Notes: a model not told the origin generated them from the sequence alone. DNA of 40,242 nucleotides from Candidatus Spechtbacterales bacterium (GCA_033721415.1 JAWWAH010000001.1:1-40242); one strand, 5' to 3'. Counted from the first letter of the stretch, positions 25,218 to 33,967 are shown. Translations and numbers: made by a program.

Positions 25218-26285
25218 CTAACCAACAAGAGAAAGCCCCTTGATCTTGATTATGTCTTCGCTTGTCTTAAGCATGCTTCCGCCTAGAACTGCGTTTCCGC
25301 AAGTGACAAGGCCATCTTCCTCATCAATAGAGGGGACAAATATAAGAACATCGAAGCCGGCTGCCTTTAGGTCCTCCTCCGGCTTACGATATGGATGATA
25401 GCTGTCGTATCCACCGATAGTAACAATATTATTTTCACGGCACGCATTATTGTTATGGATCGGCGTGATCTTACACATGAACTTTTCGCTATCAAACAGG
25501 GATGCTACCAAATCGGCGTCAATCTCAAAATCTGTAGCGTAAGCGAAATTCAGGCAGTACTTACGGCTTACAGGATCGGGCATTTTCTCAGCGATCTTTG
25601 CAAGATCAGCCAGCCGAAGCTGCATACCGCTAAACATTTCGTTTCTTTGCTCTTCTGATGTGCTGTTGATGCTGAACTGAAGTCCGGCCTGGCCGTTGTA
25701 AATTTCGTTCTTGATCTCGCACCACTCAAGAATGCGTTCCTCTAGTTTAGTGAATTTGCGCGGCAACGAAGTTGTAAGGACAGGGTGCAAAACCTCTATT
25801 CTCAAACCTGTATCTTCAGCGATCTGCCTTTTATTAGCGTGAAGCCATCTGGAAAACTCAAAGACAGCAACGTTAAAAATGGGGTCTCCCATTCTCGCAT
25901 AATGCAGATTCAGACGCTCCGTATAGTGAACATCCGGGAACAAGCTTATGGCGTTATAAAACTGCGCCTTTAGGTCTTCAAACGGAACATTTCCGCTCCA
26001 GGGTACATTAGGTACATCACAGAATGTACAGCGCATTATACAGCCATACTGCGTACTTACTGTAACAACCCACTTTTCGGAAAGAGGCATGCAGTAAGTA
26101 TTGGGAACGCCTTCGATATCTTTATCGTAGCCGAGGAAATCAGCTTTAACATTGTAATGCTTGCCGTAGTCACCGATAGAGAGCGTTTCAAGCATGCCCT
26201 TGGAATAATCGCCCGTAAATAGATAGCCGGTCGGAATTGGAAATCGTTCGGCAATCTCCATAGTTTGAGATCCTTTGTCTTTCAT
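25218..26285 (-). CDS. Radical SAM enzyme, distantly RlmN/Cfr-like; specific function unknown
   Basis: 355 aa. AGGAGG RBS. STQYGCIMRCTFCDV carries the CX3CX2C cluster in an RlmN-like context (S-Q-x-GC). GDPIFN, LQFSINSTSEEQRNEM and a C-terminal TCGNAV loosely parallel the RlmN GEPL, SLHA and CGQL motifs. Visibly higher GC than its neighbours. Confidence 0.75.
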   Translation of the reverse strand: MKDKGSQTMEIAERFPIPTGYLFTGDYSKGMLETLSIGDYGKHYNVKADFLGYDKDIEGVPNTYCMPLSEKWVVTVSTQYGCIMRCTFCDVPNVPWSGNVPFEDLKAQFYNAISLFPDVHYTERLNLHYARMGDPIFNVAVFEFSRWLHANKRQIAEDTGLRIEVLHPVLTTSLPRKFTKLEERILEWCEIKNEIYNGQAGLQFSINSTSEEQRNEMFSGMQLRLADLAKIAEKMPDPVSRKYCLNFAYATDFEIDADLVASLFDSEKFMCKITPIHNNNACRENNIVTIGGYDSYHPYRKPEEDLKAAGFDVLIFVPSIDEEDGLVTCGNAVLGGSMLKTSEDIIKIKGLSLVG

Positions 26286-26360
26286 TTTTCCTCCTTTTGC
26301 CGATTATATGTATAGGAACTGGTGAATATTTTGGCATAATCTTGTAATAAAGTCAAACGC

Positions 26361-26385
26361 AAAAACGCGAGATTCCCGCGTTTTT
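26361..26385 (-). terminator. Weak hairpin terminator downstream of tRNA-Gln
   Basis: Minus RNA aaaaacgcgg-gaauc-ucgcguuuuu (4 GC pairs plus one G-U). Confidence 0.45.
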
Positions 26386-26504
26386 CTTAGTGAAGTTCGC
26401 ATCCCCGAAAGGTGGTTCTGAGGACTCGAACTTTTTAAAATTTTATTTCCTTTAAATAAGAGGTTTTATTTGACCTCTCTCGGTCACTTGAACTAGTACA
26501 TGAG

Positions 26505-26522
26505 TGTTGCCTCGCAGGGATT
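26505..26522. repeat. 18-nt direct repeat (proximal copy, within the tRNA-Gln 3' end)
   Basis: tgttgcctcgcagggatt is identical to 24459-24476. Confidence 0.85.
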
Positions 26523-26577
26523 CGAACCCCAGTTTTCGGTTCCAGAGACCGACGTTCTACCACTGAACTACGAGGCA
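26507..26577 (-). tRNA. tRNA-Gln (anticodon CUG), CCA not encoded
   Basis: Reverse complement is TGCCTCG-TA-GTTC-AGTGGTA-GAAC-G-TCGGT-CTCTGGA-ACCGA-AAAC-TGGGG-TTCGAAT-CCCTG-CGAGGCA-A. The U1-A72 first pair is typical of bacterial tRNA-Gln. Confidence 0.9.
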
Positions 26578-26585
26578 ATGGTTAT

Positions 26586-26615
26586 AAATACAGAGTCCTT
26601 GGGGACTCTGTATTT
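26586..26615 (-). terminator. Hairpin terminator of the 26641..26901 gene
   Basis: aaatacagagtcc-ttgg-ggactctgtattt (13-bp stem). Confidence 0.6.
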
Positions 26616-26640
26616 GTATATCACTTTTCAGACAACATGT

Positions 26641-26901
26641 CTATTCGTTATCTTTGTCTTCAAATACTTCTTCTTCTACAACATATGCTGGGAGTTTTCC
26701 AGATGCCATCAAGAAGGTGACAGTTCCGATTCCTAAAAACAACAGGCTCATGATTGCGTATCCGACGCTTCCCATTTCACCTCTTGTTTCTGGTCCGCTG
26801 AAGAATTCCATATACGTTATAAAAATCCATACCCCCAACATTATAGGAGCTACGAACCATCTTTGCCATTTTGGTAAATATATATTTTTTCTCTTTTTCA
26901 T
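26641..26901 (-). CDS. Hypothetical small membrane protein (2 TM, acidic C-terminal tail)
   Basis: 86 aa with two clear hydrophobic helices. The overlapping + ORF 26654..26953 looks spurious. Confidence 0.55.
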   Translation of the reverse strand: MKKRKNIYLPKWQRWFVAPIMLGVWIFITYMEFFSGPETRGEMGSVGYAIMSLLFLGIGTVTFLMASGKLPAYVVEEEVFEDKDNE

Positions 26902-26986
26902 ATGTACTATTGTAGAACTTTTTTTATCTGTTGTCTATAAATGTTTAAAATAAAGGTTATTTTTTCGATATGGTATAATTGAATTA

Positions 26987-28282
26987 ATGAACAAAAATAA
27001 TATAATATTCAAAAGATTTATATATATTTTAGGCGTCATAGCAATACTTATAGGCGCTATTTTATTTACAGAGGAGCCAATAAGTGCAGGCACAATAGAA
27101 GATGGAGATCTTATCAAGAGTGCAGTACATGAAAATGTATACATTGTAAAAATTGTAGGAAATAAGAAATTTAAGCGCCTCATATTAAATCCGGAAATCT
27201 TTAATCAATATGGCCATTTAAGCTGGAACAATATAAAAACAGTCAGTGAGAGCACCTTTCGCGAATATGAACTTTCTGCATTAGTTAGAATGGATGGTGG
27301 GAATAAGATATATAAATTAATAGGAAATGGAGATACCGGAGAAAAGCGCTGGATTAGCACAACAGCAGAAGAATTTGATGCAGTGGGATTAGATTGGGAT
27401 TCCGTTTATACAATCAACCAAAACGAACGCGATTCATATGTTACAGCCTCCACACTTTATTACTCTGAATTATCATCGCGAAATTTCGACTATGGGATAA
27501 TTCCAGGTATTAGCTCTACTGCAGATATAAACAAAGCTGAAGAGCTAGGGGTAACAATTGTGCGCTTATCTCCAAATGACCTTTCTTTCACAAAAAATGA
27601 CTTAAAAAGCAGGGGAATAGATATAATGGTACAGAAGATAGATAATAAGCCATCTGGTATGGATGGCGTACCGCCTCCATCAGATTACAATCAATGGGCG
27701 CAGGAATTAAAGCAAGTTGTGCGCAATAATCCGGATGTAAAATATTGGCAAGTCTGGAATGAACCTAATGAGATCTTGTATTGGTATCCGAACCCAAATG
27801 CAGGAGAATATGTAAAATTACTTAAAGCATCATATTTAGCGATAAAAGATGCAAATCCAGATGCAGTTGTCATTAGTGCGGGACTAAGCGGGATAAACCC
27901 ACCCAAGCAGTATTTACGGGATATGTATCAAGAGGGTGCTGAACCATATTTTGATGTTCTTGCCTTGCACCCATATGGGCAACCAAATAGCCCAGATACC
28001 TATCTTAAGGATTATATCTTGTATATGAAAAATATAATGGAAACTTATGGAGATATAAATAAACCTATCTGGATAACAGAAATAGGATGGCCAACAAAGG
28101 AAGATGAATTTGGTGCTGTAAGCGCAGCAGAGCAAGCTGAATACCTCAAGAGAACTTATGAGATATCACAGGGTATAGATCTTATTAAAAATGTTTTTTG
28201 GTACAGAATGCAGGATGCTGGAGAGGGCATGGGTATAATCGGAAAACCAGCTGAAGATGTTTATAAGAATCTAACCAATTAA
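26987..28282 (+). CDS. Secreted/anchored glycoside hydrolase, clan GH-A ((beta/alpha)8, GH5/GH39-like)
   Basis: 431 aa. N-terminal TM/signal. WQVWNEPN (acid/base Glu in the NEP motif) and WITEIGWP (nucleophile Glu) lie in the canonical order. Confidence 0.7.
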   Translation: MNKNNIIFKRFIYILGVIAILIGAILFTEEPISAGTIEDGDLIKSAVHENVYIVKIVGNKKFKRLILNPEIFNQYGHLSWNNIKTVSESTFREYELSALVRMDGGNKIYKLIGNGDTGEKRWISTTAEEFDAVGLDWDSVYTINQNERDSYVTASTLYYSELSSRNFDYGIIPGISSTADINKAEELGVTIVRLSPNDLSFTKNDLKSRGIDIMVQKIDNKPSGMDGVPPPSDYNQWAQELKQVVRNNPDVKYWQVWNEPNEILYWYPNPNAGEYVKLLKASYLAIKDANPDAVVISAGLSGINPPKQYLRDMYQEGAEPYFDVLALHPYGQPNSPDTYLKDYILYMKNIMETYGDINKPIWITEIGWPTKEDEFGAVSAAEQAEYLKRTYEISQGIDLIKNVFWYRMQDAGEGMGIIGKPAEDVYKNLTN

Positions 28283-28312
28283 TTCTTAGAAGGTGTATAA
28301 TAAAAAATATCT

Positions 28313-29599
28313 ATGAAGATAAAAAACTATAATGAAATAGCTTCGAGCGCCTTACGCAAGGATGCCTTAAGTATTATGGAGGCAGGATTACAGGCCATAG
28401 ACATGAAAGAAGCAATTCATCGAAAAGTTGATTTTTTAGATGGTAGCCTTGTTGTGGGTAAAAAATCATTTAAAATAGAAGATGCTAATAGAATATTCGT
28501 AGTTGGGATAGGTAAGGGTTCCCGTGGTGCAATAAGTGGTTTAGAAGATGTTTTAGATGGTTCTATATATGCAGGAATTGTTTTTGATATTCAAGTTGGG
28601 GATTTTAAGCATAGCGTTTCTTATGTTGGAGATCACCCCATTGCTAGTGAGAAGAATGTTAATATAACAAGAAAAATTATAGACTTATTAGAAGAAGCCA
28701 ATGAGGACGATCTTGTAATAATGTGCATTGCTGGCGGTGGCTCAGCTTTACTATGTCAGCCTCATGAAATGACCTGTAGGCAGGAGGGGGATATAGTAGA
28801 CTATTTATTTCAAAAAGGTGCAGATATCTATGAATTAAATACTGTGCGCAAGCATCTATCATTAGCTCGTGGTGGATATTTGGCAAAAAGTGCTTATCCT
28901 GCACGCGTAATCAGTTTGATATTTTCGGATGTTCCTGGAAATGACATTTCCTCTGTAGCTTCTGGGCCAACCGTACAGGATAAGACAACACTAAAGGATG
29001 TAGAAAAAGTTTTTCAGAAGTATAAAATAGAAGATGAACTCGGAATAGCTCCGGATAACTTGATAGAAACCCCGCAAGAAGAAAAATACTTTGAGCGTGT
29101 TGAAAATATTCTTTTTTTATCAAATAAAGATGCGTTAAATGCAATGCGTTTTAAAGCAGAAGAGCTTGGTTATACTGCGAAGATATGTAATTCATGTCTA
29201 GAGGGCGAAGCCCGTGATATGGGTTTGAGGATAGCAGAGCAGATTAATAGTGAAAAAGAAAAAACAGCCTTACTGTATGGTGGGGAAACTACTGTTACAA
29301 GAAAAGAAAAAGGAGGAAAAGGTGGCAGAAGTCTAGAGCTTGCTTTATCGGGAATAAGGAAAATAAAAGAAGGTAAATTGCTTTTACCGTTTGCTTCTGA
29401 CGGCAGAGATAATACAGAATACGCAGGAGCTTTATGTGATACAATAACAAAAAAACATGCAGAAAATCTGGGGCTGGATCCAGATAAGCATATAAGAAAA
29501 AATTTATCCTTTGCTTTTTTTGAGCAGACAGGGGACAAGGTTTTAACTGGCCCACTAGATTCAAATGTATCAGATTTAATAATAGCTTTAAGTGAATAA
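28313..29599 (+). CDS. Glycerate 2-kinase (DUF4147 + MOFRL family)
   Basis: 428 aa. CIAGGGSALL, LLYGGETTVT and KGGKGGRSLELAL motifs are typical of MOFRL glycerate kinases. Confidence 0.85.
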   Translation: MKIKNYNEIASSALRKDALSIMEAGLQAIDMKEAIHRKVDFLDGSLVVGKKSFKIEDANRIFVVGIGKGSRGAISGLEDVLDGSIYAGIVFDIQVGDFKHSVSYVGDHPIASEKNVNITRKIIDLLEEANEDDLVIMCIAGGGSALLCQPHEMTCRQEGDIVDYLFQKGADIYELNTVRKHLSLARGGYLAKSAYPARVISLIFSDVPGNDISSVASGPTVQDKTTLKDVEKVFQKYKIEDELGIAPDNLIETPQEEKYFERVENILFLSNKDALNAMRFKAEELGYTAKICNSCLEGEARDMGLRIAEQINSEKEKTALLYGGETTVTRKEKGGKGGRSLELALSGIRKIKEGKLLLPFASDGRDNTEYAGALCDTITKKHAENLGLDPDKHIRKNLSFAFFEQTGDKVLTGPLDSNVSDLIIALSE

Positions 29600-29605
29600 T
29601 CAAAT

Positions 29606-30616
29606 ATGAAAGTAGCATTTTTTAACCCAAAAGATTGGGAGCGCGAATATATAAAAAACAACACAACGAAGGATTTGGAGATTAGCTTTTTTGAACATGC
29701 ATTAGATGCAAACCATATTCCAGATGAAACAGATTTTGAAGCAATAACAGTATTTGTTGATTCAACAGTAGATGAAGAAGTTTTAGATAAATTTTCTAAT
29801 CTACGCTTTATAACTACACGCTCTACTGGTTATGACCACATTGATCTAGAAGCCTGTAAAAAGCGAGATATAGAGGTTTCTAATGTTCCTGATTATGGAG
29901 CAAATACAGTGGCAGAATTTACTTTTGGCCTTTTGCTTTCACTAGTTAGAAAAATACACATTGGCTATGATCAAGTTAGGGAAACAGGTAGTTTTTCTGT
30001 AGAGGGATTGCGAGGCATAGATCTTCAAGGCAAAAAACTTGGAGTTGTTGGAACAGGGCACATAGGAAGAAATGTTATTAGAATAGCGCGAGGGTTTGGC
30101 ATGGATGTTATTGCTTATGATAAATTTCCAAATGAAGATCTTGCTAAAAAATATGAATTTGAATATAAGAACTTGAACGATGTTTTTCGAGAAAGCGACA
30201 TAATAACTCTACATGTTCCATATAGCAAAGAAACACATCACATGATAGATCAAGAAGTTCTAAACGAGATAATTAGTGATAATGCGTATCTTGTAAATAC
30301 AAGTCGTGGAGGAATAGTTGATACCGAAGCTTTAGTGCACGCCCTTAAAAATGGAAAATTAGCAGGAGCAGCCCTAGATGTGCTAGAGGAGGAGGGTGTA
30401 ATTAAGGACGAACTCCAGTTTTTCGTTGAAGGACATCCTCATGAAGTAAACCTTAAAACTGTTCTTGCTAACCACATTCTTATAGACATGCCAAATGTAA
30501 TTGTGACACCCCACAATGCCTTTAATACTAAAGAAGCGCTTTTGCGTATATTAGATACAACCTTGAGCAATCTACAAACGTTTGTAGATGGCGAAGTAGA
30601 TAATAAAGTTTCTTAA
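29606..30616 (+). CDS. D-isomer-specific 2-hydroxyacid dehydrogenase (hydroxypyruvate/glycerate or lactate dehydrogenase-like)
   Basis: 336 aa. NAD motif GVVGTGHIGRNV. Catalytic-region motifs NTSRGGIVD, ALDVLEEE and TPHNAF. Confidence 0.85.
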   Translation: MKVAFFNPKDWEREYIKNNTTKDLEISFFEHALDANHIPDETDFEAITVFVDSTVDEEVLDKFSNLRFITTRSTGYDHIDLEACKKRDIEVSNVPDYGANTVAEFTFGLLLSLVRKIHIGYDQVRETGSFSVEGLRGIDLQGKKLGVVGTGHIGRNVIRIARGFGMDVIAYDKFPNEDLAKKYEFEYKNLNDVFRESDIITLHVPYSKETHHMIDQEVLNEIISDNAYLVNTSRGGIVDTEALVHALKNGKLAGAALDVLEEEGVIKDELQFFVEGHPHEVNLKTVLANHILIDMPNVIVTPHNAFNTKEALLRILDTTLSNLQTFVDGEVDNKVS

Positions 30617-30617
30617 T

Positions 30618-31790
30618 ATGGGAAAAATAAAAAATATAAAAGCTAGGAAAATATTAAACTCTAAAGGTAGGTGGACAGTAGAGACTAGAATTGAAACCGA
30701 AGAAGGTTTTGCGGGTGTTGCCTCAGTTCCGCAAGGTGAAAGCAGAGGAGGAACAGAAGCAGTTTATGTTACCGCTAATCAAGCAGTAAAGAATATTCAC
30801 GAAATAATTCTCCCTACGCTTAAGGGCGATGATACTACTAACCAGGAATCTCTTGATAATAAGTTACTTAATCTCGATGGCACTACTAATAAAAGCAAGT
30901 TGGGAGCAAATGCTATATTGTCGGTATCTTTAGCCTCAGCAAAAGTAGCAGCGGTAGAAAACAATAAACAGCTTTGGCAATATCTTGGAGAACTATACGA
31001 GAAAAATTATCAACCATCCTTCCCACGCTTTTTTATGAATTTCATAGAAGGAGGAGCCCACGCTGGTAATGGTTTGTATTTTCAAGAATATCTAGTTATA
31101 CCAAAAACTAATAACCCTGAGGAGTCTATAGATATCGGCATTAAGTTACGAGATACACTAAAGAATAGTCTTGAAAAAGAATATGGCAAGAATTCTCTTA
31201 ATGTTGGCGATGAGGGAGGTTTTGCGCCCAATATGCATAAAAGTACAGAACCTTTTGAATTTATACTGAATACTGCAAGAGATTTATCAATCGATGATGC
31301 ATTTGAGTTTGGAATTGATGCGGCTGCAAATAGCGTGGAAATTTCACCAGACAATCTTTTTGATGAATATGTTGAAATGACTAAAAAGTATCCTATGTTG
31401 TATATAGAAGATCCTTTTACTGAAAACGATTTTGAAAACTTTACAAAACTCAATCAAGCATTAGGATCAGACATTCTTGTTACAGGGGATGATTTAACTA
31501 CGACAAATCTTAAGCGTATTAAGAAAAGCAAAGAAAGTAATAGTATAAACTCTATCATTATAAAACCAAACCAGATAGGATCTTTGTCTGAAACACTTGA
31601 TGCTATCAGAGTAGCTAGAGAATATGGGTGGAAAGTGATTGTCTCGCATAGAGGAGGCGAGACTAATGATGACTTTATATCTGATCTTGCTTACGCTGTT
31701 GGTGCCTTTGGTATTAAGTTAGGTGGATTAGCACGAGGAGAGCGTATAGCAAAATACAACAGATTTCTTCAAATAGCCACCTCTGTTTAG
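30618..31790 (+). CDS. eno: Enolase (phosphopyruvate hydratase), short form
   Basis: 390 aa. ARKILNSKGRWTVETRI, SVPQGESRGGTEAV, IKPNQIGSL and SHRGGETNDDFISDLA are present. Start lies 1 nt after the preceding stop. Confidence 0.9.
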   Translation: MGKIKNIKARKILNSKGRWTVETRIETEEGFAGVASVPQGESRGGTEAVYVTANQAVKNIHEIILPTLKGDDTTNQESLDNKLLNLDGTTNKSKLGANAILSVSLASAKVAAVENNKQLWQYLGELYEKNYQPSFPRFFMNFIEGGAHAGNGLYFQEYLVIPKTNNPEESIDIGIKLRDTLKNSLEKEYGKNSLNVGDEGGFAPNMHKSTEPFEFILNTARDLSIDDAFEFGIDAAANSVEISPDNLFDEYVEMTKKYPMLYIEDPFTENDFENFTKLNQALGSDILVTGDDLTTTNLKRIKKSKESNSINSIIIKPNQIGSLSETLDAIRVAREYGWKVIVSHRGGETNDDFISDLAYAVGAFGIKLGGLARGERIAKYNRFLQIATSV

Positions 31791-31887
31791 TGATTTTCAT
31801 ATTTGTGTGCTAAATTGACAAAAACGCCGCTTTACGGTGTTTTTACTTGCCAAATAGCGTGTAATTAGTGCTATAATGGAGGTTACT

Positions 31888-32598
31888 ATGAGAAAGAAAG
31901 ATAAAAGAAAAATACCAAAAGAACCGAGAATTAAGGAATTTACCAAATCTCCTCTTGGTAGGAAAGAAAAGCGCTTAAAAAGGATAGAAAAAGAATTTCG
32001 TAAAGGATTTGATTTTTTGGAAAAATATGAAAAGGCCGCTACTATATTCGGCACCGCACGGTATGGTTTTGATGACGAGATATATCAAAAAGCAGAAAAA
32101 CTATCAGCCATGCTCGCTGATCGAGGTTACGCTGTTATAACTGGGGGAGGGCCAGGAGTCATGGAAGCAGCCAATAAAGGTGCTCACAGCGTAAAAGGAA
32201 CTTCTGTTGGTATTAATATTCAACTTAAAGCTATCAAAGAGGACAAAAATAAATATGTTCAAGAGTCAGAATCTTTTAAATACTTCTTTAGCAGAAAAAT
32301 GATGCTTGCCTATGCTTCTCAGCTGTATTTCTTTTTTCCGGGTGGATTTGGCACATTAGACGAATTTTTCGAAATGGTTACTTTGATTCAAACAGAAAAA
32401 ATAAAACCTATTCCAATCATCTTAGTACAAAAGAGTTATTGGGAGCCTTTGCTTGAATGGATATCTGACGAACTTGTAAAAAACAAGGCAATAAACCCAG
32501 ATGACATGGATATTTATCGCTTAGTTGATACACCAGAGGAGGCCATCGAAGTTGCAGAAGAACTACTAGAGGGTAAAACAGCAACCACAGCTTCTTAA
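31888..32598 (+). CDS. LOG family protein (TIGR00730 Rossmann-fold nucleotide-binding / lysine-decarboxylase-like)
   Basis: GGAGG lies 4 nt before the ATG at 31888. Motifs GGGPGVMEA and PGGFGTLDE. Confidence 0.85.
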   Translation: MRKKDKRKIPKEPRIKEFTKSPLGRKEKRLKRIEKEFRKGFDFLEKYEKAATIFGTARYGFDDEIYQKAEKLSAMLADRGYAVITGGGPGVMEAANKGAHSVKGTSVGINIQLKAIKEDKNKYVQESESFKYFFSRKMMLAYASQLYFFFPGGFGTLDEFFEMVTLIQTEKIKPIPIILVQKSYWEPLLEWISDELVKNKAINPDDMDIYRLVDTPEEAIEVAEELLEGKTATTAS

Positions 32599-32684
32599 TT
32601 ATGCATTAATACTTTCACTTTACATTCATAATAATATGTGATATTATTTTAGACGGTTCATAAGCCGAAACAGAAAGGCAAACC

Positions 32685-33920
32685 GTGAAAAGAAAAATCA
32701 CGACTATAATTGCAGTATGTGCTGCAATTTTGCTTTTTAATACGCATGCGTTTGCATCTACTCATAAGCAGGGAAATAACTCTGCTTCAGAGATCACTGT
32801 AGATTTCTCAGGCAACAATACTTCAGTAGATACATCTTCTCCTAAGGGTAAGCCTGTAGATAAGTCTCAGGAAAAGCCCAAGGATAAGTCTAAGGATAAG
32901 CCCAAGGATAAGTCTAAGGATAAGCCCGCAGATAAGTCAAAGGATAAGCCCGCAGATAAGTCAAAGGATAAGCCAAAGGACAAGCCCGCAGATAAGTTGG
33001 ATCAGAAGTCCAAGGGTAAGCCTGTAGATAAGTCCAAGGATAAGTCTCAGGAAAAGCCCAAGGATAAGTCCAAGGACAAGCCCAAGGGTAAGTCTGTAGA
33101 TAAGCAGGATCAGAAGTCCAAGGATAATTTGAACGATAAGTCTAAGGACAAGCCCAAGGATAATTCTGTAGATAAGTCCAAGGATAAGTCTAAGGATAAG
33201 CCCGCAGATAAGTCGGGTCAGAAGTCCAAGGATAAGTCTGTAGATAAGTCCAAGGATAAGACGAATCAGAAGTCTGAGAATAAGCCGAATGATAACTCTA
33301 TTGCAGAAATCACCGTAGAGTTCTCAGATGACAACACTTCAGTGATTGTATCTTCGTCCAAGGGTCTTTCCAATGTTGTTCTCGAGTTTTGTGACGGCAC
33401 TCGTTATAAGTTCGATGGCCTTAGTGGAACTGATGATTCCTTTTCATATAATGGTAAGTTGATTACCACTGTGTGGGTAAAATCTGGAAGCTTTAAGAGT
33501 GGAGATGGCCCAGGCTATGGCGAGAGATTTGATAATTCAGATCTAGAGTGTGAACCTACAGACGAACCAACAGATGAGCCTACTGATGAGCCCTCAGACG
33601 AGCCCTCGGATGAACCAACAGATGAACCTACAGACGAGCCCTCGGATGAACCTACAGACGAGCCCTCAGACGAGCCAACTGATGATTCAGAGGATAATAC
33701 CAGTGATGATTCTTCAGATAAGCTCAAAAATGATCTAAACCACGACCCTTCTGATGATTCCAGCGACGAACTAAAAGATGACTCTTCGGACGACCCAGGG
33801 TATGGCATCGATGGCCCTCTTGCATTTACAGGATCAGCAATTGTCAAAATTCTGGGAATTATTATTGCTACCCTCCTCCTTGTTGGTAGTTTTATACTAA
33901 GTTGGTATAGATCCATCTAA
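32685..33920 (+). CDS. Sortase-anchored surface protein with basic KDKS-type and acidic P(T/S)DE repeats; LAFTG sorting signal
   Basis: GTG start. Signal peptide (IAVCAAILLFNTHAFA). The C-terminus is LAFTG (33818-33832), then a hydrophobic helix and a short WYRSI tail. Confidence 0.75.
   Translation: MKRKITTIIAVCAAILLFNTHAFASTHKQGNNSASEITVDFSGNNTSVDTSSPKGKPVDKSQEKPKDKSKDKPKDKSKDKPADKSKDKPADKSKDKPKDKPADKLDQKSKGKPVDKSKDKSQEKPKDKSKDKPKGKSVDKQDQKSKDNLNDKSKDKPKDNSVDKSKDKSKDKPADKSGQKSKDKSVDKSKDKTNQKSENKPNDNSIAEITVEFSDDNTSVIVSSSKGLSNVVLEFCDGTRYKFDGLSGTDDSFSYNGKLITTVWVKSGSFKSGDGPGYGERFDNSDLECEPTDEPTDEPTDEPSDEPSDEPTDEPTDEPSDEPTDEPSDEPTDDSEDNTSDDSSDKLKNDLNHDPSDDSSDELKDDSSDDPGYGIDGPLAFTGSAIVKILGIIIATLLLVGSFILSWYRSI
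32844..33299 (+). repeat. In-frame imperfect tandem repeats encoding about 150 aa of K/D/S/P-rich sequence
   Basis: Reiterated aaggataagtc(t/c)aaggataagccc-type units (KDKSKDKP). Confidence 0.8.
33552..33684 (+). repeat. In-frame 12-nt tandem repeats encoding (EP[TS]D)n
   Basis: About 11 consecutive EPTD/EPSD units (gacgagccctca / gatgaaccaaca). Confidence 0.8.
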
Positions 33921-33938
33921 AAACTAAGTTCTTTCTTT

Positions 33939-33967
33939 AAAGCACCAGATAGCTATCTGGTGCTTTT
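33939..33967 (+). terminator. Intrinsic terminator of the surface protein gene
   Basis: aaagcaccagata-gc-tatctggtgcttt followed by T. Confidence 0.8.

Noticed and set aside
26396-26500. Possible second tRNA downstream of tRNA-Gln (T-loop-like GTTCGAGTCCTCAGAACCACC, D-arm-like GTGACCGAGAGAGGTCA)
   Set aside because: No 5' acceptor strand complementary to GAACCAC and no partner for the T-stem, so a cloverleaf cannot be built. I treated it as a decayed tRNA fragment and mention it only in the islet finding.
29170-29664. 164-aa and 107-aa minus-strand ORFs inside the glycerate kinase gene
   Set aside because: They are antisense to a gene with strong family motifs, have no RBS and are low-complexity Ser/Phe/Leu-rich translations.
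32844-33684. Tandem repeats as a possible CRISPR array or satellite
   Set aside because: The repeats are in frame inside a long ORF with signal peptide and sorting signal. There are no unique spacers of constant length. They are coding low-complexity repeats.
33515-33916. 133-aa minus-strand ORF (and 62-aa + ORF at 33550) over the acidic repeat region
   Set aside because: These are antisense or alternate-frame artefacts of the repetitive GA-rich sequence. The + frame with LAFTG and a TM is clearly the real one.
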